In this document: positions 24,532-33,597 of the stretch, in pieces
Position numbering within the stretch: position 1 is the first letter of the stretch
How the letters are laid out: every line of letters starts with the position of its first letter
DNA from: an uncultured delta proteobacterium
Lineage (GTDB): Bacteria; Myxococcota_A; Polyangia; Haliangiales; Haliangiaceae
NCBI GenBank assembly: GCA_963848295.1
Contig: CAWKDB010000004.1
Coordinates: forward strand, 256,001 to 320,000
DNA length: 64,000 nucleotides
Reading direction: 5' to 3'
The notes under the pieces: model-generated
Database searches by the model: none
Told to the model about the DNA's origin: nothing
What the model saw: only the letters and a program-made list of their open reading frames with translations
Program-made: the position numbers and the translations under genes

Positions 24532-25914
24532 TCATCGCGAGATTCGCTCGAGGGACTTGTTCGTCGCGGACGGCCCGGCAAGCGCGAGCAACCCCGCGAT
24601 GAGCCCGGTGCAGCCGATCGCGGTGAAGCCGGCGCGAAACGACCAGGCCGTGACGAGCACGGGTAAGCCGAGCGCGCCGACGGCGCCTCCGAGGTGCCCG
24701 AGCCCGTCGCTCAGGGCGAATCCTGTGGCGCGCGCCCTCGTCGGGTAGCTCTCGACCGTGAACGTGTAGGTTATTTGGAGGTACATGCCGAGCGCCATCG
24801 AGCCGAGGAACGAGCCGGTCGCGATCACGACGTCGCTCGCCAAGCTTCCGATCGCGAGCATGCCGCCGAGCCACAACACCGTCGACCCGACGATCAGCAG
24901 CTTCCGCTCCAGGCGGTCGGCCAGCGCGTACATGACGAGCGCGCCGACCGGATACCCGAGCGCCCCCACGGCGAGATACCCGAGCGAGCTCGCGATCCCG
25001 ATGTGCTGGCTCGCGAGCAGCGTGGGCGCGTCGCCGAGGAAACCGTAGTTGCCGACGTACCAGAAGAACCACATCGCCGCGAAGATCGCGAGCCGGCCGG
25101 CATAAGGTCGGTGAAAGAGATAGCTCGTCGGGAAGCGCCCGCGCTCGCTGCTGATCGGCTCCGGGTGCGGCTCGGCGAGCGCGACGCCCTTCGCCTTCGC
25201 CACCGTCTCCATCTCGGAGACCAGCTGCTCCGCTTCGTCGATCTTGCCGTGCAGCACGAGCCAGCGCGGCGACTCCGGTAGCCGCGACCGCATCGCCAAC
25301 GCGATCACGGCGATCGCGCCGCCGATGACAAACAGCAGTCTCCAGCCGAACGAATAGTGGGGCACGAGCGCCAGCGCGACGAACGGCGTGACGGTCTGGC
25401 CGATGATGCCGATCAAGAACGTGAGGACCGAGATCCTGCCGCGCTTGCCCGCAGGCGCCATCTCGCCGAGGTACGTCGACACGAGGTTGAGATCGGCGCC
25501 GACGCCCATGCCCGTGACGAACCGCCAGAACGACAGGCTGACCAGGCCGGTCGCCGCCGCATCGCCGAACGAGCCGACGGCCGTGAGCAGCATGGTGAAC
25601 AGCATGGTGCGGTACCGACCGTAGCGATCGGCCATCGTCCCGATCACGTACGAGCCCGCGATGTACCCGACGAGGCCGACCGCGAGCGCGACGAACAACG
25701 ATTCGTTCCCCGTGAGATCGAGCTGTCGCCCGATCGCGGGCATCGCATAGCCGATGTCCGTGATGTCGTAGAACGTAAAGAAGTAGCCGATGCCGATGAT
25801 GATCAGGAACGACCGCGAGAACGACCACACCGGGATCCGATTCATCCGGCCAAGGACGTTCGCGCCCTTCGTCGCGATCTCGTCGCGATCGTCGCTGGCG
25901 TCGCCGCCGGTCAT
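24532..25914 (-). CDS. MFS transporter (sugar porter/AAHS-like)
   Basis: GTMADRYGR, EMAPAGKRG, LPESPRWL, ESYPTRARATG; multiple TM segments. Confidence 0.93.
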   Translation of the reverse strand: MTGGDASDDRDEIATKGANVLGRMNRIPVWSFSRSFLIIIGIGYFFTFYDITDIGYAMPAIGRQLDLTGNESLFVALAVGLVGYIAGSYVIGTMADRYGRYRTMLFTMLLTAVGSFGDAAATGLVSLSFWRFVTGMGVGADLNLVSTYLGEMAPAGKRGRISVLTFLIGIIGQTVTPFVALALVPHYSFGWRLLFVIGGAIAVIALAMRSRLPESPRWLVLHGKIDEAEQLVSEMETVAKAKGVALAEPHPEPISSERGRFPTSYLFHRPYAGRLAIFAAMWFFWYVGNYGFLGDAPTLLASQHIGIASSLGYLAVGALGYPVGALVMYALADRLERKLLIVGSTVLWLGGMLAIGSLASDVVIATGSFLGSMALGMYLQITYTFTVESYPTRARATGFALSDGLGHLGGAVGALGLPVLVTAWSFRAGFTAIGCTGLIAGLLALAGPSATNKSLERISR

Positions 25915-25981
25915 GGTTTCTCGCGACCACATTTGCACACGTCGTGCGATGGAGCACGGGTGGCGCGGACTCGCCGGGTGG

Positions 25982-27250
25982 TCAGCCCGATCGCGTGCGC
26001 GCGTCCCCTGTCGGCGACGTCGATACCGGCGCGGGGAACAGCCCGAGCTGCCGCGCCACGCGATCGCGATCTGCCCCCGAGACCGGCAAGAGCGGCAGGA
26101 CTTGCCGGTATCCGCTGCCGATCGCCGGCGCGCAGCGCTCCCCGGGGACGTAGCCGCCCCCGAGGTCCGCCTCCCGAACGGTCGCATTGTCCTCGCTGTC
26201 GGCCTGTCGGCTCAGCAACTCCGGCGAGGCGTGCTCGCGAAGGACGCGGCCCAGCGCGGAAGCGAGATCGTGGGCGGCGCGCACGCTGGAGTTGAGGCCC
26301 AGCGAGGCACCTAGCGGCAGCGCGTTCGCGGCCGCACCGAGCAGCCACACCGTCGACGTCGACGGGCGGGCCGCGATCCCTACCGGCATTCGCTCGAGCT
26401 GGCCCTGGCGCAGCTCACCCAGTGGTGTGCCGAGGTCGGGCAAGTAGCGCGCGACGAGCCTTGCCAGATCGTCGGCATCGGGTGCGGTACCGGCCGCCAC
26501 GCGGGCATCGAGGCGCTCCGACGGCGGTAGCTGCAACGCGATCCTCGTGCCTCCGCCCGCAAGCGGCCACAGCGCGACGGTCGCCTCGCCGAGCGCGATC
26601 CTGATCTCGCGGCCCAGCGGTGGTCCGCCGTCGACCTCGAACACCGCGATCAGCTCCGGCGGCGCGAGCGTGCGCCATGGTAGCTCGAGCTGGCCGCGGA
26701 CCAGCGAGTCGGCACCGTCCGCGCCGATCAGGAACGGGGGCTCGCGACGGAGGATGCGGCGCACCATGTGCTCCTCGTGAGCGACCACGTAGCCCGTCGG
26801 CTCGCTATCGATGACGTCGACGTTCGCGATCACGCGGTCGCGGCTCGCCTCGATGTTGCCGAGCCGGTGCCGCCACTGGACCGCGACGTGGCGGTCACGC
26901 AGTTGATGCACGAGCTTGTCGCACAGCCGCCAGCACGGCACGACCGCGGCATAGCCGAACCCCGACGGTGAGTCCCGAAGGTCCAGCGCCGCGACGCGCG
27001 CACCGCGGTCGTAGATCGCCACGGTATCGATCGCGGCAGCTTCATCGGCCAGGTCGAGCTCCACGCCCGCGTCCTCGAGCCGCGCCAGCGTATCGGGATG
27101 CAGCACGACCGAGAGCTTGTCGGTCCGCGGCGCCCACGAGCCATCGACGATCTCGACTTCGATCCCGCGCTCTCGCAGGAACAGCGCGGCCGCGAGCCCG
27201 ACCGGTCCTGCGCCAACGACTAGAGTGTGGTCGGTCTTGCGATGCGCCAT
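25982..27250 (-). CDS. FAD-dependent monooxygenase family protein
   Basis: LVVGAGPVGL Rossmann motif; LIGADGADSLVR; the degenerate GD motif reads LLGAAAN. Confidence 0.82.
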   Translation of the reverse strand: MAHRKTDHTLVVGAGPVGLAAALFLRERGIEVEIVDGSWAPRTDKLSVVLHPDTLARLEDAGVELDLADEAAAIDTVAIYDRGARVAALDLRDSPSGFGYAAVVPCWRLCDKLVHQLRDRHVAVQWRHRLGNIEASRDRVIANVDVIDSEPTGYVVAHEEHMVRRILRREPPFLIGADGADSLVRGQLELPWRTLAPPELIAVFEVDGGPPLGREIRIALGEATVALWPLAGGGTRIALQLPPSERLDARVAAGTAPDADDLARLVARYLPDLGTPLGELRQGQLERMPVGIAARPSTSTVWLLGAAANALPLGASLGLNSSVRAAHDLASALGRVLREHASPELLSRQADSEDNATVREADLGGGYVPGERCAPAIGSGYRQVLPLLPVSGADRDRVARQLGLFPAPVSTSPTGDARTRSG

Positions 27251-27303
27251 GCGGCACCTTCGTCGAGAAGTCTGCTCTTGGAAGAAGCAAGTCGCGTACC
27301 GGA

Positions 27304-28068
27304 TCATGGCGCGGCCGAGGCGCTGGATCCGCGCTGTTCGGGAGCCGCCGGCCTGCTGGTCGCGACGTTTACGCGCGTGCGTCTGCGCGTACAGCGCGCG
27401 GGTACGCACGAGATCGACCGCGACCCCGCGCCTGTCCTTGTATGCCAGCGCGAGTGCATCGCACTCGTGCCCATCTTTGCTGCACGCTTGCTCGAGGAAC
27501 GCCAACGCTCGCCTGGGATCGGCCGCGACACCCTCGCCGTGATCGAGTGCGAGGCCTTGCGCCGTGCAACCCCCGGCGACGTCCAGCTTGCACGCGCGCT
27601 CGAACGCCGCATACGCGTGCTTCGGTTCGGCCGGCCCCCGAGCCCGTTGCGCCACTCCACGCCAAGGTCGAAACATCCAGGTCCGTATCCGCTGTCACAC
27701 GCCGTGGTCAAGAGTCCTCTCGCGAGGCGGAAATCCTGGTCGGGATCGCCAGTGGATCCGATGTGGTGGCCGAGGTCGTTGCCCACGAGCCCGCACGCGA
27801 AGTGCCCGGCCCGGTCTTTCACGTTGCATGCGGCCACGAAGTACTTGTGCGCGCCTTCGACGTCGGACTTGCCGAGCTTACCTTCGCGGAGCACGTACCC
27901 CGCCGCGACGCAGCTCCTCGAATAATGCAGCGTGCAGCCGTGATCGAACGCATCCAACGCCTGAGCTGCGGCCTTCGGTTCGAGCTTGGTGCCCAGCGCG
28001 TAGCACGCGTCGCCGCTCCCACATGGTGCGGGGTCCGCCGCCGCCGTTGCTGCGACTGCTGCGATCAT
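27304..28068 (-). CDS. Sel1-like repeat (SLR) protein, frameshifted near 27635
   Basis: Cys-paired SLR repeats: ACYALG, GCFDLGVEWRNG, ERACKLDVAGGCTAQG...GEGVAADPRRA. Confidence 0.75.
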   Translation of the reverse strand: MIAAVAATAAADPAPCGSGDACYALGTKLEPKAAAQALDAFDHGCTLHYSRSCVAAGYVLREGKLGKSDVEGAHKYFVAACNVKDRAGHFACGLVGNDLGHHIGSTGDPDQDFRLARGLLTTACDSGYGPGCFDLGVEWRNGLGGRPNRSTRMRRSSARASWTSPGVARRKASHSITARVSRPIPGERWRSSSKRAAKMGTSAMHSRWHTRTGAGSRSISCVPARCTRRRTRVNVATSRPAAPEQRGSSASAAP

Positions 28069-28254
28069 TGCGTGTGCGACGAGCTTACGAGCGCCGACCT
28101 TATCTCGGCAGCCCGATCGAGAACGACTACGAAGACGTCCGCCGTCAACATGCGTGGCAGTGAAACCGCCCTACGCGGCGACCTGACGGCAGGCGCTCGA
28201 CGACGTCATCTGTGGACCTGTAAGCAGTGAGCGCGGTCGCCGTTGTTGGACGTC

Positions 28255-28542
28255 ATGCGGATGTTTATCCTCGGAGTGCTCGTCACCGCCGGCTGCTGGC
28301 GACTCCACGCGAGCCGCACGTTCCCGATGCCCACGCGGCCGGATCGGCAGTGCACCGCTGGCTGGAACGAGCTGTGGATCTGGGATTGCCTCGAAGGACA
28401 GCACGTCGTGATCCATCAGTTCTGCGGCGAGTGGGGCGGATGCAAGCCGCCGCTCAAGGACGTCTATGCGTGTGGCGAGACCTCGGGCTACGAGCGGTCC
28501 ATCCAGCCCGGCCACTGCGACATCAGTGCGCCCGGCTGGTGA
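28255..28542 (+). CDS. Small Cys/Trp-rich lipoprotein
   Basis: MRMFILGVLVTAGC lipobox followed by a domain with six Cys. Confidence 0.55.
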   Translation: MRMFILGVLVTAGCWRLHASRTFPMPTRPDRQCTAGWNELWIWDCLEGQHVVIHQFCGEWGGCKPPLKDVYACGETSGYERSIQPGHCDISAPGW

Positions 28543-31172
28543 CGGTTACCCGCGTGCGGCTCGGGCTTGTCCGTAGTGCCTGCCTTGTCCGACCGCCGGC
28601 GATCCCGGCGACGACGCCCGATCAACAGCGCCACGAGCGCGGAGATCGGCGCGGCTCCCAGGCCGGTGCCACCCGCGGCACAGCCGCCGCCATGGGAGCC
28701 ATCGCCGGCACCGGAACCGGAGCCACCGCCGGAGCCGGAGCCGCCGCCAGAGCCGGAGCCGGAGCCGGAGCCGCTACCGCTGCCGCTTCCCGAGCCCGAG
28801 CCGCACGAGCCGGTGTCGATCATGACGCAGGTCCCGTCGGCGGTCGCGCCAGCCGCCACGCTGCACGCTTCGCAGTCGTTCGGATCACCGCCGCCGCATG
28901 CGGTGTCGCAACACACGCCGTCGACGCAGAATCCGGTCGCACAGCCGGTGGCGTCGTCGCATCCACCGCCGTCGGGCGCGACCGTCAACACCCGCGACTC
29001 GACGCGTGGCGCACCATACGGCGCTTGCAGCACGACCCGGCCATAGACGACGGAGGCGGTCGAGTCGCCGGTGGCCGCGAGGCCGATCGTCGGCAGCACG
29101 CCCGATGCGGCCACGAGCGGCGACGCATCCAGCACGCTGCCATCGCTCGCGATCCGCGCCGCGTGAAGCGTGTACGTCAAGGTGTCGGTGCTGTCGGCCC
29201 ACATCACGACGTAGTCGCCGACATACGCGACCATGCTCGGCTCGACATAGCTTGCGACGGGAGAGATCACGATCGGCGTCGCATCGACGATCGCGCCCGA
29301 CGCCATCACGCGTGCGCCGAGCACGCGAGTCGAGAGACCGGCGTTCCAAGCCACGAAGAAGTCGGTTCCATTCGACGTCACGGCGGGCGCGTAGTCGTAG
29401 CTGGCGGGGCCGACGACGATCGGCGTCGCATCGCTCACGACACCCGCCGGGGTAACGCGCACCGCCGCGATGGTGTCGTGCGTGCTGTCTTCCCACGCGA
29501 CGAGCGCTTCGCCGCCGTTGCTCGCGATCGCCGGCGTCAGCTCCGTCGAAGCTCCGGCGTCGAGTTGGAACGCGGCGGTATCGAGGATCGTGCCATCGGG
29601 GCGCACGCGCACGCCCTCGATGCGGTACTGCGCCGCCCACACGACGAGGTACACACCGCCGACGTACGCGACGCGCGGGTTCGCGACGAACGACGAGGTC
29701 GTCGGCAAGTGCAGCGGGACGGCATCGAGCACGCTACCGTCACCGGCGACCCGCGCGGCCGTGATCCAGCCGCTGCTGGCGGCGACCACGAGATAGTCAG
29801 AACCATCCGACGCGACCGCCGGCATATTGGCCGAGAAAGGAATGACCTCGAACGAGTGGGCGTCGAGCGCCGTGCCATCGGGGGCGAGTCGCACCGCGTA
29901 CGTGCAGCCGCTCGTGCCATTGGCGCAGCGCGAGTCGACCCACACCGCGAGCGAGCTCGTCGCCGCGCTCGCGATCGCCGGCGTCTGCTCGGTGTTCGCC
30001 GCCGTCGAGATCGCGATCGCCGACGGATCGAGAATGACACCGGCGGTCGACACGCGCGTGCCATACACGCTGGACTCGCCGTTGTTGTGCGGGTATCCCG
30101 ACCACGCCGCGAGCACGCCGGATGCACCGCGCGCGAGCGCAGGTCCAGCGAAGCCGATGCTCGACGGCGAGAGCGTCAGCGCCGGTGCGTCGCGCACGAC
30201 GCCCGCCGGTGACACGCGCGTCCCGGCGATCCCCGATCCGGTCGTCCACGCGACCAGCTGATCGCTGCCGTCGAATGCGATCGCGGGCTGGCTGCCTTGC
30301 GAGCTGATCACGAGCTCGGAACCCAGCGTCGCACCCGAGGTTGCCATCCGTTGGCCGTGGATCGCATTCGGGAATGTGTGGGCATCCTGCCAGGCGACGA
30401 GGTAGCTCGTGCCGTCGAACGCGACCACCGGCGACTCCTGGCCGGTCGTCGATGCGCCGAGGGGAATCCCGTCCGCGTCGAGCACGGATAGGGATGTGGT
30501 GACGCGCGCGACGTAGATCTCCGAGTAGGCGGAGCCAAGCCGTGAGTCTTGCCACGCGACGAGGACGTTCGTGCCGTCGAACGCGACGCGCGAGTTGCTT
30601 TGCGACCCGAGCGCGCCGCTGATCGTGACCGGTCCCTGGACGACCGTGCCGTCGGTACCGACGCGTAGGCCGACGATGTCCGGGTTCGATGTCGCGGTCG
30701 TGTACGCCACGAGATAGTCGCTGCCGTCGAACACGACGTCCGGCGACTCGCCCGCGGTCGCGAGCTCGATCGGCGACGCATCCAGCACGGTGCCCGCAGG
30801 GGACACGCGATCCGCGTACACGCGATTCGACTCGGTCATCCACACCACGAGATAGTTGGTGCCGTCGAACGCGACGCGCGGCGCGAGCAAGGTGTCCTGG
30901 ATGGGCGCCGAGATCCGGAACCCGACGGGATCGAGCACCGCGCCTCCCGCCGAGACTCGCGCGCCGAAGATCTCGGGAGATCCGAGCTCGCGGAAGTCGC
31001 TCCACACCACGAGGTAGTTGGTGCCGTCGAACGCGACCGCGGCTCCCTGTTTCGTACCGAACGAAACGCCCGCGACCGGAGGATCGACCGCGACCTCCGC
31101 GGAGAACGGCGTGGCGCCGGCGGTGGCTGCGGTCACGCCGATGCAGAGCAGGATCGAGCAGGTGTGATTCAT
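28488..31172 (-). CDS. MYXO-CTERM-sorted surface protein with tandem 'P.VAFDGTNYLVVW' repeats
   Basis: Signal peptide; repeated PxVAFDGxxYLVxW...G.RV..G.VLD; Cys-rich CVDGVCCDTAC; GS linker; C-terminal GGGCAAGG...TM...RRRR. Confidence 0.88.
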   Translation of the reverse strand: MNHTCSILLCIGVTAATAGATPFSAEVAVDPPVAGVSFGTKQGAAVAFDGTNYLVVWSDFRELGSPEIFGARVSAGGAVLDPVGFRISAPIQDTLLAPRVAFDGTNYLVVWMTESNRVYADRVSPAGTVLDASPIELATAGESPDVVFDGSDYLVAYTTATSNPDIVGLRVGTDGTVVQGPVTISGALGSQSNSRVAFDGTNVLVAWQDSRLGSAYSEIYVARVTTSLSVLDADGIPLGASTTGQESPVVAFDGTSYLVAWQDAHTFPNAIHGQRMATSGATLGSELVISSQGSQPAIAFDGSDQLVAWTTGSGIAGTRVSPAGVVRDAPALTLSPSSIGFAGPALARGASGVLAAWSGYPHNNGESSVYGTRVSTAGVILDPSAIAISTAANTEQTPAIASAATSSLAVWVDSRCANGTSGCTYAVRLAPDGTALDAHSFEVIPFSANMPAVASDGSDYLVVAASSGWITAARVAGDGSVLDAVPLHLPTTSSFVANPRVAYVGGVYLVVWAAQYRIEGVRVRPDGTILDTAAFQLDAGASTELTPAIASNGGEALVAWEDSTHDTIAAVRVTPAGVVSDATPIVVGPASYDYAPAVTSNGTDFFVAWNAGLSTRVLGARVMASGAIVDATPIVISPVASYVEPSMVAYVGDYVVMWADSTDTLTYTLHAARIASDGSVLDASPLVAASGVLPTIGLAATGDSTASVVYGRVVLQAPYGAPRVESRVLTVAPDGGGCDDATGCATGFCVDGVCCDTACGGGDPNDCEACSVAAGATADGTCVMIDTGSCGSGSGSGSGSGSGSGSGSGGGSGSGGGSGSGAGDGSHGGGCAAGGTGLGAAPISALVALLIGRRRRDRRRSDKAGTTDKPEPHAGNRHQPGALMSQWPGWMDRS

Positions 31173-31394
31173 CGTGCGCCAGCGGGTTTGCAACGCACGT
31201 GCCCCGCGCAACCGGGTGCGAATGCAGCCCTCGTGACCCGGCGAGCGTCGTCGCGCGTTCACGTGCGCCCCAAGGCTTCGCACGCGGTCACTGCCGCGTA
31301 ACATTGCAGCGCGATGACAACGCGGACGACGCTCGTGACGATGGGCGCGGCGGCGGTCACGCTGGCGATGGCGATCGCGCTGCTGTCCTGGTGA

Positions 31395-32129
31395 TCACTT
31401 CGGCAGCACGAAGTCGTGGCTGACCTTGATGCCGTGCTGCGTCGCGGGGAAGCGCAGGCGCTCGACGTGCCCCTCGATGCAGTCGAGCGCGGAGCCCGAA
31501 GCGTCGACCGGTCCCAGGCTCATCGCGACCTCGCCGCTCGGCAGGACCGTGATGTCGTAGGTGACGCGAGCGGGGCCGACGCAGTCGGAGAGATCGACTT
31601 GAACGACCGCGGCGACCACGGTCGCGGCCGCGGGCGCGTCGGGAAGCTTCGGCTTCGGTTTCGGCTTCGGCTTACGCGCCGGCGCCGCGTGCACGCGTGG
31701 CCGGGCGGGTGCGGATACGCGCTCGGTTTCGGCGCGAGCCTCGTCGGCGCGCTGCTCGGCGGCGACGCGCTGCGCCTCGGCCTGGGCGACCGCCGCACGC
31801 TCGCGGGCGCGCACTTGGTCGATCGCCGAGGTCTCAGGGGGTACAGTGGTCGACACTGGCGCGGCGGGCGATCGAGCGTGCACCGCGAACGCGAGGCCGA
31901 GCGCCGCGACCGCGATCCCGACGGCGACCGACGCCAGGACCGACATCCGCGCGGCGGACGGCGCGACGGCCGGGGGCTCCGCCGTGATCGCGCGGTCCTC
32001 GGGCGCGGCCACCGCGGCCGGCAACCACGACGTCTGTCCGCAGTACGCGCACGACACCTGCTCCTGCCCGGGCACGACCTGCAGTGGCGCATCGCAGTTG
32101 GGGCAGCGAATCGAGGTCGCGGGGTCCAC
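31395..32129 (-). CDS. Zn-ribbon + TM + AgmX/PglI-C-like protein
   Basis: CPNC...CAYC, a TM helix, a KP linker and C-terminal LDCIEGHVERLRFP. Confidence 0.65.
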   Translation of the reverse strand: MDPATSIRCPNCDAPLQVVPGQEQVSCAYCGQTSWLPAAVAAPEDRAITAEPPAVAPSAARMSVLASVAVGIAVAALGLAFAVHARSPAAPVSTTVPPETSAIDQVRARERAAVAQAEAQRVAAEQRADEARAETERVSAPARPRVHAAPARKPKPKPKPKLPDAPAAATVVAAVVQVDLSDCVGPARVTYDITVLPSGEVAMSLGPVDASGSALDCIEGHVERLRFPATQHGIKVSHDFVLPK

Positions 32130-32327
32130 CGCTTCCAGCTTACCGCGGCGGCGGCCGGCCGATCAGCGCGGACGCCTTCGCGACGTCGTGGCGGCCGAGC
32201 GCTGCGCCGGCAGCTTCGGGATCGCGCGCGACGAGGGCGAGACCGCGTCGCGCGAGATCAGCGCGTGCGAACCGGTCGAGGTTGGAATCGACGTTCGCGA
32301 ACACCACCTCGTGCACCGTGCCGTAGT

Positions 32328-32424
32328 GCGCGGCACCTCCCGCGCGGACGAGCATGACATGCGAGGACGCCGCTCGGCGTCAGCCGAGGGCGCCCTCCAC
32401 GAAGTGGAGGCGGCGGGAGTCGAA
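32328..32424 (-). repeat. att-like repeat A: tmRNA-like 3' end plus downstream hairpins
   Basis: The minus strand reads TTCGACTCCCGCCGCCTCCA (T-loop/acceptor end typical of ssrA), then hairpins. Near-identical 96-bp copy at 33395-33490. Confidence 0.75.
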
Positions 32425-32549
32425 ACGTTAGGACACATCTTTCTCGACGAGCACTTGCCCGATTCTTCGAGACAAACGGCCCGACTGATTCCCGCTGCCG
32501 CCTTCGTATGGCGTCTGCTTTTGCAGCGTCCGTGGCAGCGCCGACGTGA

Positions 32550-32930
32550 TCAGCCGAACTCGATCGTGAGATTGCCTAGATCGATAATCGCTCGCGCAGC
32601 TCTTAAGAAGTCCATGCCGATGATCCCACCGAATTCGAAGCCGTAGTCCATCTCGCCGATCTCGACTTCGAATCCATCGAGGCCGTGATCGCCGACCGCG
32701 AATCGATCGACTTGCCTCATGAAGACGTGCTCGTGGCCGCCGACACCTCGAAGCCGACGCAGCTGATCGCGCGGCTCGAGATAGATGTCAGCCTCCGCCG
32801 CGAGGTCGGCGTTGATCACTGTACTCACCGCACCCGTGTCCACCAGGACGTCTGGGATCTCGACCGTCGTGCCTCGGTACCTCAGGGTCGCGGTGACATA
32901 TACGAGCTCATGCTGGGAGATGAGTTGCAC
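32550..32930 (-). CDS. Retropepsin-like (clan AA) aspartic protease
   Basis: VLVDTGA catalytic motif, LRGVGG flap and GIIGMDFL. Confidence 0.88.
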   Translation of the reverse strand: MQLISQHELVYVTATLRYRGTTVEIPDVLVDTGAVSTVINADLAAEADIYLEPRDQLRRLRGVGGHEHVFMRQVDRFAVGDHGLDGFEVEIGEMDYGFEFGGIIGMDFLRAARAIIDLGNLTIEFG

Positions 32931-33186
32931 GCAGCCCCCGGACGCCAAGCCAAAGACGTTCTTCGATCTCTAATTCGACCATGCTCGTGTGCACGAAGCA
33001 GAACTCGCGGTGCGGATGCTCGCGTCGGAGCTCGGCGTAGCGCTTCATCGTTGCTCGCCCGTCGGGGCAATGGTCGATCACTGCGATCCTGTCGTAGACG
33101 CGATGATCGTTCTCAGAGTGTGCGTCCAACGCCTCGATCACGAGCCATTGATCTGGATGTGCCTCGCGCACTTCGGGCCAACGCAT
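32908..33186 (-). CDS. Small DUF5678-like protein upstream of the aspartic protease
   Basis: MRWPEVREAHPDQWLVIEAL; overlaps the protease start. Confidence 0.7.
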   Translation of the reverse strand: MRWPEVREAHPDQWLVIEALDAHSENDHRVYDRIAVIDHCPDGRATMKRYAELRREHPHREFCFVHTSMVELEIEERLWLGVRGLRATHLPA

Positions 33187-33346
33187 GAACCAGCGTAGTC
33201 GCTGAATCTGACATCGAGCAACTTCCGCGCGAGGCGGCGGGTGTTTCTATGGAGAGATCCCATTTCTCGACGACAGCATCGTGGCAGCGCGTGAAGAAAG
33301 ACACGCCACCATGGCCTCAACATGTGGAAACCATAGTCGAATAGAT

Positions 33347-33490
33347 AGTGGAGGCGGCGGGAGTCGACGACGCGCAGCAACGGAGTTGCAAGCGGCGCGG
33401 CACCTCCCGCGCGGACGAGCATGAAATGCGAGGACGCCGCTCGGCGAAGCCGAGCGCGCCCTCCACGAAGTGGAGGCGGCGGGAGTCGAA
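33347..33490 (-). repeat. Two further tmRNA-3'-end-like copies (33347-33367 short; 33395-33490 long)
   Basis: agtggaggcggcgggagtcga at 33347 and the full repeat B at 33395-33490. Confidence 0.75.
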
Positions 33491-33597
33491 GGCGGCCTGA
33501 AGGATTCACGAGTTCCAAATCGGATGGGAATCGTGGAGGTTTGAGCCGGCGCGCGAGACCCATCCGTGTCGCTTCGTGCTGCTCCGCGATCACGGAT

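Noticed and set aside
28700..28810. GS-rich tandem repeat
   Set aside because: Ordinary Gly-Ser linker before the MYXO-CTERM signal.
32328..33490. Intact tmRNA gene
   Set aside because: Only about 20 nt of 3'-end-like sequence is present; no 5' end or tag reading frame is visible.
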